The notes beneath the pieces are model-generated. The model had not been told where the DNA came from and ran no database searches. It saw only the letters and a program-made list of their open reading frames with translations. A stretch of DNA of 44,330 nt from Octopus bimaculoides (Eukaryota). The position numbers and the translations under genes were made by a program. The stretch is taken from positions 67,945,045-67,989,374 of the forward strand of contig NC_068981.1 of the NCBI RefSeq assembly GCF_001194135.2. The letters run 5' to 3'. This document shows positions 1 through 13,500 of the stretch, piece by piece (the first letter of the stretch is position 1; each line of letters begins with the position of its first letter).

Positions 1-100
1 ATATATATATATATATATATATATAGTATATATATAGATATATATAATATATATATACCATATTTACAAATATATATATATATATATTTATATATATATT
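1..100. repeat. Imperfect (TA)n microsatellite
   Basis: Alternating TA run with scattered substitutions at the window start. Confidence 0.95.
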
Positions 101-505
101 TGTTGGGTAAACATTTGTGTGAGTTTTTATAATAATCGATTACGTTACACTCATCTGATTTTATAAATAACAATTTTTATAAATATCTTTCACTCTAAAA
201 ACACTTTATATATTACCCTGGTAGAAGATATCTTTATGCAGTACATATGAAGGATATGGAACATTCTCTACATCATAATACAGCAACATATAACAGTTTC
301 TTAGTTTCATTCAAACACAAATTGAAGAATAATATGAAAATTACTAGAATAAGCAAACGCAAAATGAAAAATGCTTTTATTAAAAATCTGAACACATGAA
401 TGAAATAAGCTGTTAATGGATATTGATTTTATTTTAATCTGCAGCTTCCTATTTCCGTTATCAATATTTTGGTAAATCTTAAAATGCATTCATAAGAAAC
501 AAACT

Positions 506-534
506 AATATATATATATATATATTTGTATTTGA

Positions 535-596
<62 letters not shown>

Positions 597-610
597 TCAT
601 TCATGTATAA

Positions 611-644
<34 letters not shown>

Positions 645-688
645 GTGTATGTGTGTGTGTGTGTGTGTGTATGTGTGTGTGTGTGTGT
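506..688. repeat. Compound (TA)n/(CA)n/(TG)n microsatellite
   Basis: Read directly; it produces the YIYI/THTH/CVCV pseudo-ORFs in the track. Confidence 0.95.
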
Positions 689-950
689 AGCGAGAAAGAT
701 ATATAGGCAGAAAGCGGATGGGAGTAAGATAGAGGAGGCTAAGTATATGATAGACAGATTTACATAGAGAACATGAAATGAAGTCAAGGAAGAGAAAAAA
801 ATAGGGCGGTAATGAAGGAAGCATTGTGTCCTGCGGTTGATATGGAGGAAAGGTGTTTTTCATCTAAACAAAACAAAATAGTGAAATACTATTGTAGAAA
901 TGTGACAAGAGAGTGAATTGATGCGAACCCCCCTCCATCAACACACATAT

Positions 951-958
<8 letters not shown>

Positions 959-1032
<74 letters not shown>
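959..1032. repeat. (AG)n microsatellite
   Basis: Perfect AG run. Confidence 0.98.
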
Positions 1033-1035
<3 letters not shown>

Positions 1036-2368
1036 GTCAGTGAGAGATGGACAAATTTAGAGAGAGGGAGAGAGATTGGCGATAGTCGAATATGGAATAA
1101 AGGGACGGAGAATAAGTAGAGGAATAATTAGATTAAGTGTTAAGAAAAGAAAATATGTGAACGATACACACATTTTGGTAGACCAGAACTGAACTATTTG
1201 TTTGAAGAATAAACGGGCTATATTCAGAAAATTAAACAAGCAGAGGGATAAATTTATAAAATCTATGTTTTAATATGTATTGAAACAGTGAAAAAGAGAG
1301 AGAAAGAGAAAGAGAGAAAGAAAGAGAGAGAGAGGGAGAGAGAGGTGGGGCGAAGCAAGATATTCAATTGAAAGCTGGATGTAATGATAGTATAAATTTT
1401 AGGACGACAGCTACAACAACTGCTCTTACTATAAGTATATTAAGACAATAACGAGTATATTGATAAAACAATAGAGGGAGAATACATATGCACAAAATTA
1501 CTTTATAAAGTGAATTTAGATATTAATACAGATATAGAGAAAACATATATTAGGTATCATAATTGTGTGCTAGAATTGTGTTTCGTGAAAATAATCGCTC
1601 AAAGTATTTGGGAGAAGACATTTGTTGAGGGCAATTGTCTGCGTGCAGTTCAAAGTTGGCGGATGTAATAGCTGTATGTTACACGGAAACCTTCAATTGG
1701 GGTATACGGTGTTCAATATTGGTTGAAGAGAAATATACAAAAAGTTTAATTTGAGTAGCGACTTCAGGAAAAACATCACTGCATATGTCCAGTAGTTATT
1801 TAACTAAAACGGGGAAAATTATTTGAACAGTTTCCAGATTTGAAATACAGAATTAATATGGCAATATTCTCACTCACACACGATTTTTCCATATTTTAAT
1901 CATATAAAACAAAATGATTTCTTTATTGAAGAGACTGTGGTAGAAATAAAACCAATGCAAAATACTGGAAAGGGAAATATAAGCATTTATATAAAAGTTA
2001 TGAAAGTTTTATAAGTATAAAAACATAACCAAACCGCCAGAATCATCTACTGAATGCATTGAAAATTATTACGACTACCATTACATTCTGCGAATGAAAT
2101 ATTGAATCTATTACTGGAATGTCTGCAATTGCAATGTAGAGGGCAGTTTCGTTTGCATACTACAAAATTTTTCGAAGTAAGTTTAAATATAGTAGGTTAT
2201 AGTTAAAAAATAGATAATAATTCAAGGATTCCATCATAATTCGATTGTAGAGGAATTATGATCACGATGATATCTCCAGAAAAAATACACACAAATACTC
2301 AGAGGCGAATATAATGATTCTTCTATTTTACACAAACACACACACACACGCACGCATGCACACACACA

Positions 2369-2650
2369 GGCGCGTGACGTAGTTGTTTGGGTTCCTGTTG
2401 AACTCACAATCGCTAAATCGTGATTTTAATTCCTAGACCGGGCAGTGTGATGAGTTCTTGAGCAAAATATTTCATCTCACGTTTCTCCTACACATGACGC
2501 GCGGTAAACCTTGGACCTGATCAGAGAACGGTGAATTTATGGAGAGAGGGAGGTGACGTGCAGTACGAACATTTGATCACAATAGGCAAATCATCTGTGC
2601 AGATCGTTCGGCCAAAGCCGAACACTCATACATCGACATCGACGGGAGAT
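2369..2650 (+). mobile_element. Decayed tRNA-derived SINE (head type shared with 18392-18681)
   Basis: Head ggcgcgtgacgtagttgtttggg...atcgtgattttaattcctagaccgggc aligns by eye with the cleaner head at 18681 (minus strand). Its 3' part (catctg...gttcggcc...ctcataca) recurs inverted at ~33835-33905. Confidence 0.7.
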
Positions 2651-4179
2651 TCTGTTATATATGATATTACAATATCATATATATAAATCCATTCTCTCTC
2701 TTTCACACACACTGACACACAGAATACAAACATACACTTATATACCTGTACGAAAGTTAAGTTCTGTACAAATCGTAGTTTGTAAAATTACAATAATTGT
2801 CATCTTTTTTCAGATTACATGTGCTTCCAGAAAATGTGAATCAAAGGTACTTATATATATATATAAATTATATCTCTCTTTCGTTCTCTCTCTCTTTTTT
2901 CTATCTCTCACTTTATATATATNNNNNNNNNNNNNNNNNNNNNNNNNNNNNNNNNNNNNNATATATATATATATAGTTACATATACACATACAAGTGTGT
3001 GTGTAAGTATGCATGTATATAATGTATACTTGGTTATAGATCGAGAAAAAGAGATGATATTAATTTAAGAAGAGCATGTAATCTACTACCATTATCCCTC
3101 AACTTTCAATCACATTTGTTAAACGAGGAATGATTACATAGCGTATAAAACTCGCCTTTCGCAAGCTGTATAATCATCTACCCCATTTTTAACTACCACT
3201 TTGACAAGTGGCTTTGTATGATACTAGTCCCATGAGCAGCTCCTAAAGAATTTACTGATAAATATGTGAGCATGAACAAGTTATTTTTTTACTTTTAGTG
3301 CGTGTGTGTGTGTGTGTATGTATATATATACACACACATATGTACATCTATCTATGCATATGATATATATGTCGGCGTGTATGTGCCTCTGTGTGTGTGT
3401 ATGATTGTGTGTGTGACTGTGTGAAGCGAGGGAACGTCATATTCTTTTCCGTTACTAGACGCATTAAAATGAAATAAGCTCCAGCATCTCAGGTCAACGG
3501 GACCTTCTTATTACACCCACTGCTATCGTCGCTCGTACACTGAAAACGTTTGGTTCTTTTATTAACCTTAGGTCATTGCTAACTGAGCTTCCAGCTGTCA
3601 GTATTATATTGATAAGTCAAAACATTTGCACTCAGGACAATGATACCTAATATTGCTTTGCTGTTTTAAGACAATAGGGTGCGATTTTAGATTTCACAGC
3701 TATTTCTGTCAAGTGAAATGACTGCGTTTACTATCCATCATTTTGCTGAAAGTTTTGCGTGGTGTAAACAAACCAGTAGACGGACATTTCATCGAGAATC
3801 ATTATCAAAACATAACTACCATTCTACTAAAAATATATATGATTCACTCACATTTTAAGGGAATAGAATTACGAATGATAGGTAGGTTTTAATCTCGTTT
3901 ATTGCCTTCGAATAATACTTAAATTGTTGAGTACAGATATGTGTAGTCCATAATTTAACCTATTCTAAAACTCTTTAGACTGTGTTCTAAAGACTGCAAG
4001 TAATTATTTGAAATCTTCCATCTCAATTCTATTGCATAAAATAATTTGTGTCAGATTATATTCTAATAGCATTTGGTAACTATCTGATGGGAATATTCAA
4101 AGACGACGAAAGAAATGCAAGTCAAATGAAGAAATTAAGTTAGTGACGTGTGTGAATCATTAATTATTATAGTCTGCAT

Positions 4180-4282
4180 ATTTCCGGTGTCGATATAATG
4201 AGTACTTTTCAGGAACTAAGGTGGAGTTAATCGATTGTACGGTAGGAATATTGGTGGCATCATGCCAATGTTAGATATCAGG
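4180..4282 (+). mobile_element. Degenerate SINE core/tail fragment
   Basis: cggtgtcgatataatgagtac...taatcgattg resembles the ggggtcgataaaataagtac...taatcgat core of the copies at 5446 and 18706. Confidence 0.4.
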
Positions 4283-5445
4283 TTTTATACATCTCATTTA
4301 ATAAAGCTATTACGTTAATAAATCGAAAAGAAATGAGAAATATACTTATTGTTGATATAGAATTGCTGACAGCGCAGTAATCAACAGATCATATAGAGTA
4401 ATAAACCACCACATACAGATCTGTCATGTGTTATATTATCGTTGATACACACACACTCGCACACATACTCACACATAAAATATGTAAATAAGTAGACATA
4501 TATAGACACATACACACATATAGATAAATAGATACACAGATAGATAGGTAGATGACTAATGATATACTGGAAGCATCTCTTAGTTTCGCGGGCGAGTGAC
4601 GTTCGTTCAAATCGACTCAGTTTATTCTTGTTCGCTCTGCAGTGTCACTGTGACTTTAAAGGCCCACACTCGAGTGATAGCCGCAGTTGTCGTGATTGCA
4701 GTGTAACTACTGCAATGATTGTAGTGAGCAGCACCATTATTAGTGCTGTTCTTCAGCTGAATGTTAACATCCATAGGGAATTTGCCATACATATACCCAT
4801 AGGCGTACCGCCCCTTTATCCTGTGTAGGTGGAAACTTAGATGAAAAAATTATCTTTACCCTTTAAAATTCATGACAAATATTTAAACATAAAAATCTAT
4901 TCATTTCTTCTACGAAAATATTGGTAAATTATGATAATTATTATTTAATACAACTAGAATATATGTGTAACCCAAACTTACTGTCTGTAGAACTAAAGCA
5001 ACACGGAGATATTTTAAAAATCAACGTAATATAATTTAAAGTCCATGTATCCTCGTGTAATAATATGATCCATTAAATTCGATATAAAGAAGCATTATTC
5101 ATTTACATCATTAAAATTGAAGTAATTAGATAAACCACCAATATAAATCTGTGAGTCTGTAGTAGCACCTTACCGTAAGCATAGCTGCACCTTTGGAATA
5201 AAAGCAACTTGCGTATGCATATAAACCGGCAGCAGTGAATATATTCGAAAATAAGTATAGAGCAAAAAAAAATAAAATAATAATAATATCTAGTTGTCCA
5301 CTCAAAATAACAGCCAACTTCCTAGCAAATTACTCTATAACGTTATACCTTAGTATCAGATATGTTTTACTCGTTTACCTGCCAGCAGCAAACTGTGTGC
5401 ATACATAACTCAAATAGTATTAATGTATGCTCCATCAAAAATAAA

Positions 5446-5668
5446 GGTGAGCTAGCAGAATCGTTAGTACACCGGGCGAAATGCGTAGCGGTATTTCATC
5501 TGCCGTTACGCTCTGAGTTCAAATCCCGCCGAGGTCGACTTTGCCTTTCATCCTTTCGGGGGTCGATTAAATAAGTACCAGTTACGCACTAGGGTCGATG
5601 TAATCGACTTAACCCCTTTGTCTGTCCCCTCTGTGTTTAGCCCCCCCCCCGTGGGAAATAAAGAAATA
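5446..5668 (+). mobile_element. tRNA-derived SINE, well preserved (octopus-type, CORE-like central domain)
   Basis: A-box-like tagcagaatcg, B box gagttcaaatcc (5515-5526), central gccgaggtcgactttgcctttcatcctttcggggtcgat domain and an A-rich tail gtgggaaataaagaaata. Several homologues occur in the window. Confidence 0.9.
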
Positions 5669-6954
5669 TATATCAAAAATATATTTGTTAAACTAATTTG
5701 AAAGAATCGTTCTCGAAAAATGTTAACATATTCATATGCCACAAAGGTGGAATACGGGGCACTTTTGTTTTTTTCTGTATTAAAGCGCTTAAATACATAC
5801 GTCGAAGAAGACCACATTTCTCATGTCTAGCTGAAATGCGTTTAAGCTGCCTTCTTGATAATATTCCATTATGAGAAATTATTAATGTGGAACTATGGTT
5901 CAGAATATACGTATATACAATTTCTTATATTATTTAAATTTAGGAAATATCTAAATTGAGAATACTACCAAATAATATTATGGCTTTGCCAGAAAATGAA
6001 TTCATATATGTTTTTCTTTATTGATAGTGTGTATGCTGGTGATTATTATACTCCTTTTATGACAATGAGCATATGACTTTAATGTTTGAAGTAGACTATG
6101 ATGTGTACCCTTAAACAAGGCTCTCAATGTTACGCTGCTTTGCATTACGGAGCTGTATATGAATACAAGGTGACAGTTAATGCATCTCTGGATATGTGAC
6201 AGAGGTGAGGCCCAAGGGACTGAGATAAATTCCACATACATACACACATTCATATATGTATGTATATGCTTATCTTTTCGGAAATATTGCACTATAGGAG
6301 CTATTACATTGAATTAAAAAAAAAAGATTACTAAATTTCGTTTACGTTCTTGAATCCATTTCTGCTGCTGTAAATATTGGAACCAGCTACCTTTTTTTAA
6401 CAATAAAAAAATGGAGAATCACAATCTGTCATCGAAAAGACGAAATAATATAAAAAAGAAAAAATACCGACCTTAATCACAGTGACAATTTTCTCATGAA
6501 AATATCTAGTATAAGACTGAACGAAAAAAATGCATGCCAAGAACATTATTTGAAAGATAAATGAAGAAAAAGAATGTTGTACTCGATCCAACTTATTATT
6601 ATTATTTAAATGAATTCTTGTCTAACTATTATTTATTAAGCATATGCTAAATGGTGTATAATTATCGCTTAATATTCAACAAAATATACTAATGAATGCT
6701 GATCTATTTAAAGGTATCATTATTGTTTTTTTGTAGTCAATAATTATTCACTACTGTCCTCTTCGAACATGTTTTCAACTCACATAGTGAAGTTTTAGAT
6801 GCCAACACACACACGCGCACAAACACACACAGACACAGACACACAGACACGGACACACACACAAAAATAAATATACGTGTGTGTATGACTGCAATAAATT
6901 TAAATATCAGAGTACCTAACTGGGATCTATTCAATCTCCGGGTCATCGGGTCAT

Positions 6955-6957
<3 letters not shown>

Positions 6958-6994
<37 letters not shown>

Positions 6995-7104
6995 GAGANN
7001 NNNNNNNNNNNNNNNNNNNNNNNNNNNNNNNNNNNNNNNNNNNNNNNNNNNNNNNNNNNNNNNNNNNNNNNNNNNNNNNNNNNNNNNNNNGAGAGAGAGA
7101 GAGA
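6958..7104. repeat. (GA)n microsatellite spanning an N-gap
   Basis: GA runs flank the gap at 6999-7090. Confidence 0.95.
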
Positions 7105-7138
7105 GCTGGAAGAAAAGTATAAAAGATAAGAAAGACAC

Positions 7139-7197
7139 GTGAGAAAAACAAAGTTCTTTATAGGGAATGGGTGAGAAAAACAAAGTTCTTTTATAGG
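7139..7197. repeat. Near-tandem duplication, 32-bp period
   Basis: gtgagaaaaacaaagttcttt(t)atagg occurs at 7139 and 7171. Confidence 0.9.
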
Positions 7198-7337
7198 AAA
7201 TACATACGTGTGTATGCGCGTATGTATTTTTCCATCTTATCCAATGTGTCCTCTCGTTTATATAATGTTAGCGCGTGACATTGAGAGAGATTTGGCTGTT
7301 ATTTCCAGCAGGTCAAGTAACTGTACAGATTCTCACA

Positions 7338-7339
<2 letters not shown>

Positions 7340-7401
<62 letters not shown>

Positions 7402-7617
7402 TGCATACATGCATACATGCACACATACATACACACATACATACATGCACACATACATGTACATACTTACGTGTACATACACACAAATATACGTTTTAAT
7501 CATTGTTTTCAGTTAACACGTTCAGTGAATGCGCCTAATTTTTTAACGTGACAAAACGTAGAGTGAGTGAGAGAGAGAGAGAGGAAGAGAGAGAGAGAGA
7601 GAAAGAGGGAGAGAGAA

Positions 7618-7649
<32 letters not shown>

Positions 7650-7650
7650 C
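7340..7650. repeat. (TC)n/(CA)n/(GA)n microsatellite cluster
   Basis: TC run 7340-7386, CA/CATA run to ~7490, GA-rich run 7561-7650. Confidence 0.9.
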
Positions 7651-9789
7651 GATAACGGAGAGAGTGAGAGTGGTGGTGTGTTGACGATCAGAACAACAGC
7701 TTATATAAACTTACCAGTCCCCTACCACTGCATATTAATTTATCAAACCCTCATCTTTTCCTTGCTTCCATTCAGGGTTTTATCAGCTTTACATATGTGT
7801 GAGGATGTATTGGCGTATGTGTGTGTGTATACGTATATGTGTGTATGTGTATTTATGTACGTATATGTACGCAGCGTCCAAAACAGATGACCCGATAACC
7901 TGGAAGTTGTTGCTCTTCCATTACTTTCGCAAATAGCAGTAAATTTCTTCGGCTGAATACATGTCATTCATTGGTTAAAATTACCCAAATACGACAACTT
8001 TAACACGAAATAACTTCTAAAATATAAAATTTTGTGAAAAAATTAAAGAGTAAACCGTGCTCTACGTGACACGTTCAACCAGTATCCGAAGTTTCAAGCT
8101 GTTTAGTAAAAAAAAAAAAAAAAATGAATTAAAAAATCTGTGACTTAGATTGAATAGATCCCCTAACTGTTATCAGAGAAGAATTGATAAAACAGAAACA
8201 TGTTTTGTACCAGATTTGAGAAAGCGGCTACATCAAATGCAAACCTGGACAAATTCTTCATGAAATTCGTAACCTGAAAATACAGTCACCGACAAATGTT
8301 GTTGGGTGAGAGAAGAAATGATTGGTTGAGTTCATTATGGTCTAGATACATCAGGGTTTGCTGAGAACAAAGAACTGGGAGAAAGTTAAATGCAGGTTGA
8401 CCAGTCCAACATTTCGAAATGAGCTGAAAAGAAGCAATTCCTTTACGTATGAACAGACCAGTCAAGCGCCTATATTAACTCACCCAAATATTGTTTATCG
8501 TTGAGTTCTGCTGCCCTTCTCGTCTGCATAGAGAGATTGTCTCTTAACACAAGAAAATATTCTACACAGAAGGAGCCCTTCGAGACATTAATAATGTACA
8601 ATAGTATAAAGATTATAAACTTTCGCTTTTTATTTAGGAGAATGTGGTGACAGTCTTTTAATTTTATGGAGATTTTGTTATGGCAATTACCTGCTATGAA
8701 GAGGAGTCCTTAGTTATATTCTAATTCCATTTTAGGGTAACATTTTAAGTTGAGCATACATTTTAGAAAAAGATCGTACATCCTCGGTGAAAGTTAAAAC
8801 TCAAAGGAGTAAATCATTATCAAAAACAGTTAGCTAAAGTAAAGATGGGTTCAGTGTTGAAGCTTATCATTTAGCATGAAAGTGAAAAAAGATAGAAGGA
8901 ACCTAAAATGCGGTTAATCAGACCAGCACTCTATAATATTCATCTGCCTTATCATGGCCAGCAGCTCAATATGACATGCAGTAGTTTCTTCTGTTGATAT
9001 CAACACAGTGTCTCCACCATTAAATCTTCCATCACTGCTACATGTGTATACGTGTAACTCAAGCAGTGATATTTAGAAATATATAGACGCTAGATTCTTT
9101 CAAGAAAAGCAGACAAAATTTCGAACGAATCTTATTCTACACTTTTAGAAGAAAAGGAAATATAGATTAGAGTATGATTCTGTAACCCTAAATGATTCTG
9201 ATGATACAGATCATCGATAAGATCACATCCAGATACGAAACAATACTGAATGATCACATATGAATTGTCATTGCCTATATGCGTGCTTAATTTGGCCTTA
9301 TTAGGGACTAAACAGCAACACCTATATCACCATTACTAACATACTTGTTAACAGTAACCTTATCACAGCTGCAGCAGATTTGACAGCTTCAACACTACCA
9401 CTGTTTGATGTAGCATAAAAGACACCATATGCATATGAAAACTAAAGTAGCAACAGTATAGAGGGGAGGTCTGACGTCTCCAGATTTAACGGCTCTTAAA
9501 CACATAACATTTGTATTAGAAAAAAATATTAACTTGGAACGACTGACTTTGTATAACCCAGAAGTGGATTTTAAATTCTCCTTACAAATCAAAGAAATTA
9601 GAACAAACAAACAATAGCATCCATATATACAAAATCTCAGAAGGATGGTAAACATATTTCCTGATGAACCATAAGAATATATATAATATTCATACTGCAA
9701 TTGAATGCAGCATGAAAGTAATTCTCCAACGAACAATTTATGGATTGGTCTTGAGTAAAGTGGTCGCGATTAATTCCTCAAATGTTTCT

Positions 9790-9824
9790 TGCATATCCTT
9801 CATTCCTGCATATCCTTCATTCCT
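9790..9824. repeat. Perfect 17-bp tandem duplication
   Basis: tgcatatccttcattcc x2. Confidence 0.95.
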
Positions 9825-10419
9825 ATTTACTGCTACTTAGGAGTCGCACATTAGTTTGTCACTAATGGACGTGTCGCCAATAATATACCTGCGAGTTGTG
9901 TGCGCGGCTATGAAAATATGAACGACATGATAGAAAATGTGAAAACAAAGAAAAATGTCACCAGCAAAATTTTAAGTAAATCAAAATTTGAAAATCTAAT
10001 CAGCATATTTTCTTGTTATTTGAATTTCTATGCATTAGAGTTCTGAAATAAAACTGTTGTAAAACTGATTTCGTCAAAGGTTCCTCTTGAATAGATGAAA
10101 CCCAGTAAGAGGAATCTAATAAAATGGAATAAGGTCTGGCTAAATTTAAATAGAACAATACATTTTGAGGAGTAGACTACTTTATAATCACTAATCAATG
10201 ACAATGAAGCTTCCACAGAGACACCGCTAGAATTCATATTACTAATTGTAGTATGAATAGTAAAGGATATGAACGTTTGCATTATTCGGTAGCAACAAAT
10301 ACATCACACGCGTTCTGACAATATGAGTCCTATGACAGTAATTAGTGTACCATACTACACAAGATCTGAAGCTGCTTTTTATTCATAATCACGGAGAGTA
10401 GAAAAATCTAGCTCTGATC

Positions 10420-10572
10420 AAACACACAGACACACACATGCACACACCTGCGCGCGCACACACGCACTCACTCTAACACACACACATGCATATATGTATC
10501 TATGTGTATGTGTGTGAGCGTATGTATGTATGTATGTATGTATGTATGTATGTATGTATGTATGTATGTATG

Positions 10573-10626
<54 letters not shown>

Positions 10627-10630
10627 TGCA
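10420..10630. repeat. Compound (CA)n/(TATG)n/(TA)n microsatellite
   Basis: Read directly. Confidence 0.95.
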
Positions 10631-11339
10631 AAATTTCATTGTATTCATATCTGTAGTTTAATATGAAATACGCAGTGTGTCTCTGTCATTGGATATTTTT
10701 ATAGTTAATGTAGGTAATACATATCACCAAGAGAACCGTATTTCATTTTGTTTCATCACCATTAGAAATACAGTGACATCGTTAATATAAAAATTACTTG
10801 GATTTATGAAGAATTTTTCTTTGAAGATGTAGAATATATATTTTAATATACCATACGTAATTCCTATTTCAATATCAGAAGAATTCTATATGATTTGTAC
10901 GCTCGAAACTGATTTTAAAATCAACTTCTTTGTTCCGCATTTTATGATGAATGAGTGATAAAACAAATCTCATTATCCTTCACTTTTCAGATTTTCAAAA
11001 GATAAGTGGATGTTCATGAAATCTGGTATCGTCTGAATTAAGAAAGAGAAATATTACGATACATGAAAGTTTTGAGCTTATATACCATTACACTATTACA
11101 AAAACTACTTCTAAGAACCTTCAATTAAATTATCGATAAACGTAGCTAAAAACTGAAAATGATACAAACGGGAAAATGGCTAGTATCGAACTCAGGTATT
11201 CTGAATGAAGAATTATGATTTTGTATTCTTGAAGAGCAGGTAGATATGCAGTAGGCAAATAAGTGAATCAGTACTGCATTTCTTGCCAAACACCGTAACA
11301 ATTTAGAACATAAATACTTCCAGTTAGTACATCAATGCA

Positions 11340-13500
11340 TCATCTTATAGGTGGACCTGACTTTCACCAGCAGACCACACCACTGGGGGACTTGGACAAA
11401 GTAAAACAATGACGCAAGCGATTGGAAGCCTAGGATATTAAAATTAAAGCGTACGTAAGCAGGGACTATGCACTTGCTATAATAAACACCGGGAGAATCG
11501 AAGAGCAAAACACACACGTGCATACACACAACAAAAACAACTGACTGATATTGAACCTAGTGCCAAAAAAAAAAAGGATTTTATCCGAAAATTTTTAGGC
11601 AACAATTAGGTGCAATTTGCAACATGGCGCCTCGTTAAACAGAGACTATGAGTCACAAACAAGAAAGTCGTCAAATGTGATAAAAACACGGACATGCAAG
11701 AACGGTAAGGAAAATACAGAAACAAAACAAATACAAGATCAGTAAGGAAGATATGTGGATAATGTGGGAAGTAAAACTAAAATGGCTACTTGAAATATGT
11801 GAGTATATTGAAGACATCCTTTGTAGAAGCGAAACAAAGCAGGCATTTCGACTCGAAAAGATAAATTTACTTAAGAAGATAAACTAAGAGCAAACATAAC
11901 GTAAGACATAAAGCGAAAAATCTTACGTGGTAAAAAAGACTGGGAAGCTAGAGGGATTTCCCTTTAGAAATGTACAGCAACCTGAACAGAAAGTACGCAA
12001 ATGAGTTGAAAATATAGGCATCCAGTGGTAAGGACGAATATTTAACCGTGCAAGAGGTTATAGAAATATAACTAAAACATGTTATATCGGGGTTAACAAC
12101 ATTTTCATTGACCTACGGAGCACAAATAAAAAGCCATATTAGAAATTCTGATGAACACGTGCAACAAGAACTGTCGAGTAAGTATATGTCCTATAAAATA
12201 CATTCAGTATTTTTGAAGTCTCTAAGTAGAACAAACCTTCTCATAAAAAAACAAAATAAAAGACAAGTAATATTTTACTGTCTTCTTCAACTTCACAAAT
12301 ACGTTTGTTGGAGTATAATGTGTTTTATGGCCTATTATGAAAAAGTTCAACATGGATTAGGAGGTAACTAACGCAATGGAAATAATTCATTCCACGATTA
12401 CAACTACAATTCTCAACACAAGCTGCCATTGGTTTGGGGCATCCTATGACTCTGCAGGAATATTTTAGGGCTACCCAACTTCACTCAAAGTCTTCCTGGA
12501 GTAGATCATGAGCATTACTCTTAATAACTAATTCGCAGTAATATGAATTGCAGAGAACAACAGTCTATCCCTTGTTCTGAAAGTGATTGACTGTCAGAAT
12601 GAGATGTCAAAATGGTTGATTTAGTCATCTAAATGAGAAATATACGCAGTTCAAAAATCATTGATAGCATACAACTATGATAAAAAAAACAGGAACTAAA
12701 ATTTATTTGTCAGTTTAACTATCTCAGGGTAGTCGTTAATGTTATATCATGTACATAAAGAATTCTAGGAAAACCACATAGAAAAGACTGTACTAACCAA
12801 TTTCAAGCTTTCATTTAGAGATTGAAACATGACCATGAACAGCAAACTCCCGCACATTCATTCATACTTCTCCCTAGCATCTACTAGGCATCGAATATAT
12901 AAACCATGGTATTTAAAGATAAACCTCTCTACTATAGACACAAGGGATGGCCAATGGAGGATGGATTTAATCCAATACAATGTTCTCAATTCTTAAATGG
13001 TATTTATTTCATACACCACGTTAAGATAAAAGGAAAAGTTGATCTCGGTGGTATCTGAATTCATTACGTAAAGACGCACGAAATGCCGATATGCCCGGCG
13101 CGGTAATGATTCTTTTAAGTTGCTGATTTAATGTCATCTAAAATAATGACAAAAGCACTGGCACTGTAAACGTGATAAGTTTTCCCAGTAACTTAGGTAC
13201 GTCGTACTTAGAACACATTACGAACAAACAATAATCCACAAAAGAACCTTAACGAGGATGAAGGAAATAAGACTAAGGTGGTATATCCATGTAACGAAAT
13301 GAAATAAACTTTCAAACTTGGAAAGACATAATAGTAGGAAAAGACGGACATAAATAACAAGGGGTGGACAGTCAAATCCTTTGTGGAAACTCTAGGACTG
13401 GCATGAAGTTGTGAAAGTTAAGTATGTATGACGCAGAGAATATCACGATGTTACCCCTACAACATCATCGAAGGTTGAGGGAAGTAGTCAGAATATCAAT
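11340..13500 (+). mobile_element. Heavily decayed RTE-clade (BovB-like) LINE, most of the ORF, interrupted by a SINE
   Basis: Collinear RTE-like remnants across frames: RWT*LSP (endonuclease, ~11346), KWLLEICEYIEDILCRSETKQAFRL (~11775-11855), QEVIEI...GVNNIFIDL (~12050-12115), QFNYLRVVV (FKYLG-like, ~12710), VLTNFKLSFRD*NMTMNSKL (~12790), SYLEHITNK (~13203), IRLRWYIHVTK (~13265), NKGWTVKSFVETLGLA (~13355), RRLRE (~13470). Confidence 0.7.
12925..13115 (-). mobile_element. tRNA-derived SINE (5446 family) nested in the RTE relic
   Basis: The reverse complement gives agaatcattaccgcgccgggc...ggcatttcg...ccaccgagatcaacttttcc...aaataaatacca, matching the 5446/18706 head and core. Confidence 0.7.

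Noticed and set aside
8150-8660. Possible Gypsy integrase relic (IHQG-like motif) with a purine tract before TGTGG at ~8642
   Set aside because: Motifs are too short and broken to separate from chance; no HHCC or DDE spacing could be confirmed.
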